Source: Octopus vulgaris
Taxonomy: Eukaryota
Assembly (NCBI GenBank): GCA_951406725.2
Contig: OX597816.1
Span: forward strand, 172,298,001-172,362,000
DNA length: 64,000 nt
Reading direction: 5' to 3'
The position numbers and the translations under genes are program-made. The number at the start of each line of letters is the position of its first letter. Positions within the stretch are counted from its first letter, which is position 1. A model generated the notes under the pieces. It had not been told where the DNA came from and did not search any database. It saw nothing but the letters and a program-made list of their open reading frames with translations. This document shows, one piece after another, positions 62,560-64,000 of the stretch.

Positions 62560-62972
62560 TACTCTTTACTCTTTTATTCTCTTTTACTTGTTTCAGTCAT
62601 TTGACTGCGGCCATGCTGGAGCACTGCCTTTAGTCGAGCAAATCGACCCCGGGACTTATTCTTTGTAAGCCCAATACTTATTCTATCGGTCTCTTTTGCC
62701 GAACCGCTAATTGACGGGGACGTAAACACACCAGCATCGGTTGTCAAGCAATGCTAGGGGGACAAACACAAACACACAAACACACACACACACATATATA
62801 CATATATACGACAGGCTTCTTTCAGTTTCCGTCTACCAAATCCACTCACAAGGCATTGGTCGGCCCAGGGCTATAGCAGAAGACACTTGCCCAAGATGCC
62901 ACGCAGTGGGACTGAACCCGGAACCATGTGGTTGGTTAGCTAGCTACTTACCACACAGTCACTCCTGAGCCT
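62560..62972 (-). mobile_element. SINE family A
   Basis: Full length; inverted relative to 61793-62206. Confidence 0.9.
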
Positions 62973-63147
62973 ATAAGGAAAATTAGTAATATAATTAATA
63001 AACATATTACTTAATTAGTCCTCAATATATCTTCAGATGAAAGAAAATGTGTTTATGCTTTCATCATACACACACGCACATACACATCTTCACTTATTCA
63101 CTTAGACATGTTGTTAACACAGACACACTTTAGTACGTAAGTATTAC

Positions 63148-63254
63148 CTGATCTTGAATGTTCCGTAAGTGATTGAAAAGGTTATCCATTGTACGAGGAG
63201 GCAAATCACAATTCCTGTAATCACCCCATTTTCCAGCACCATCTTCTGCTTTTG
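63148..63254 (-). CDS. SMPD1: acid sphingomyelinase-like exon (most 5' exon in the window)
   Basis: ctatAG / GTAATA, phase 1-0; KAEDGAGKWGDYRNCDLPPRTMDNLFNHLRNIQDQ (compare human PGAGYWGEYSKCDLPLRT). Confidence 0.96.
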
Positions 63255-63404
63255 CTATAGAAAGAGTATTTAACATTAATCAGTAGATGCAAAATATACT
63301 AAACATTAAAGTAATTATTTAATGTTAGTAACTAATCTATTTAACAGTATATATAATCCACTTTATATACTGTCATTATAAAATGAGAGTATATAAAATG
63401 TCAA

Positions 63405-63623
63405 CCCTTTTGTTACTGTATTTATTTTGAAATGCTCTGTATTTCTTTCAATTACTTTAAATATAACAAAGAATTTAGTAAAATAACTTAGTTACCATTA
63501 AGGTAGTGTTCAGAACATAAACTGTGACTAAGTTTTGGTGTAATATTTTAATTCAAAATTTATGAAAACAAGACATTTGTACTCAGAGCCAGAGCCAGTT
63601 TCAGCAGGGTTGGTAACAAAAGG
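63405..63623. mobile_element. piggyBac-type MITE related to the ends of 33966-35072
   Basis: tcaa-cccttttgttac...gtaacaaaaggg-ttaa. Confidence 0.8.
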
Positions 63624-64000
63624 GTTAAATATCAGACTATGTTAATGGCCGGTTGGTACTGTTGACACTGCTCACTCACAATAGCTTCTAAGCTCTGTAG
63701 AAAAAAACAAACAAACAAACATAAAAGTTTTTTTACCCTTTTTATTCTGGAAGATTAGTTAGCTACAGCCAAACAAAAGCCTGGAAACATATGAAGTTAT
63801 AATGCCATAAATATGACATACGTAAACACAAAGGTCTCAGTAATTGGAAGGGGATTATGTTAATGACTTATATGTTTACACCGATATGACACCACTGATT
63901 TGTTCATGAGGAATAGAGTTAATTAAATTTATAGGAGTGTATTTGCTAACTACATCTTTCTTTGCCGGCCTCTGTGCCGGTGGCACGTAAAAGCAACATC

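Overview
AT-rich, repeat-saturated eukaryotic DNA. The SINE families and microsatellite style strongly suggest an Octopus (cephalopod) genome; this is an inference. Two multi-exon protein genes converge tail-to-tail. (1) On the + strand, a divergent SLC16/monocarboxylate-transporter-family MFS gene: four phase-compatible coding exons at 12286-28880; the first coding exon was not identified. (2) On the - strand, an acid sphingomyelinase (SMPD1-like) gene: ten phase-compatible exons from 63254 down to the stop at 33749; the 5' exons lie beyond the window. The introns and the intergenic gap are filled with several tRNA-derived SINE families, degraded CR1-group, RTE and R4-like LINEs, non-autonomous Helitrons, a decayed piggyBac with MITEs, hAT MITEs, mariner remnants and long microsatellites. 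The most unusual non-coding signals are long fold-back elements, two of which carry hammerhead-ribozyme-like cores (Penelope-like remnants), a Helitron with a possible OB-fold/zinc-ribbon cargo remnant, and inverted repeat pairs next to exons that could be ADAR substrates. No CRISPR array, rRNA or functional tRNA gene was seen.
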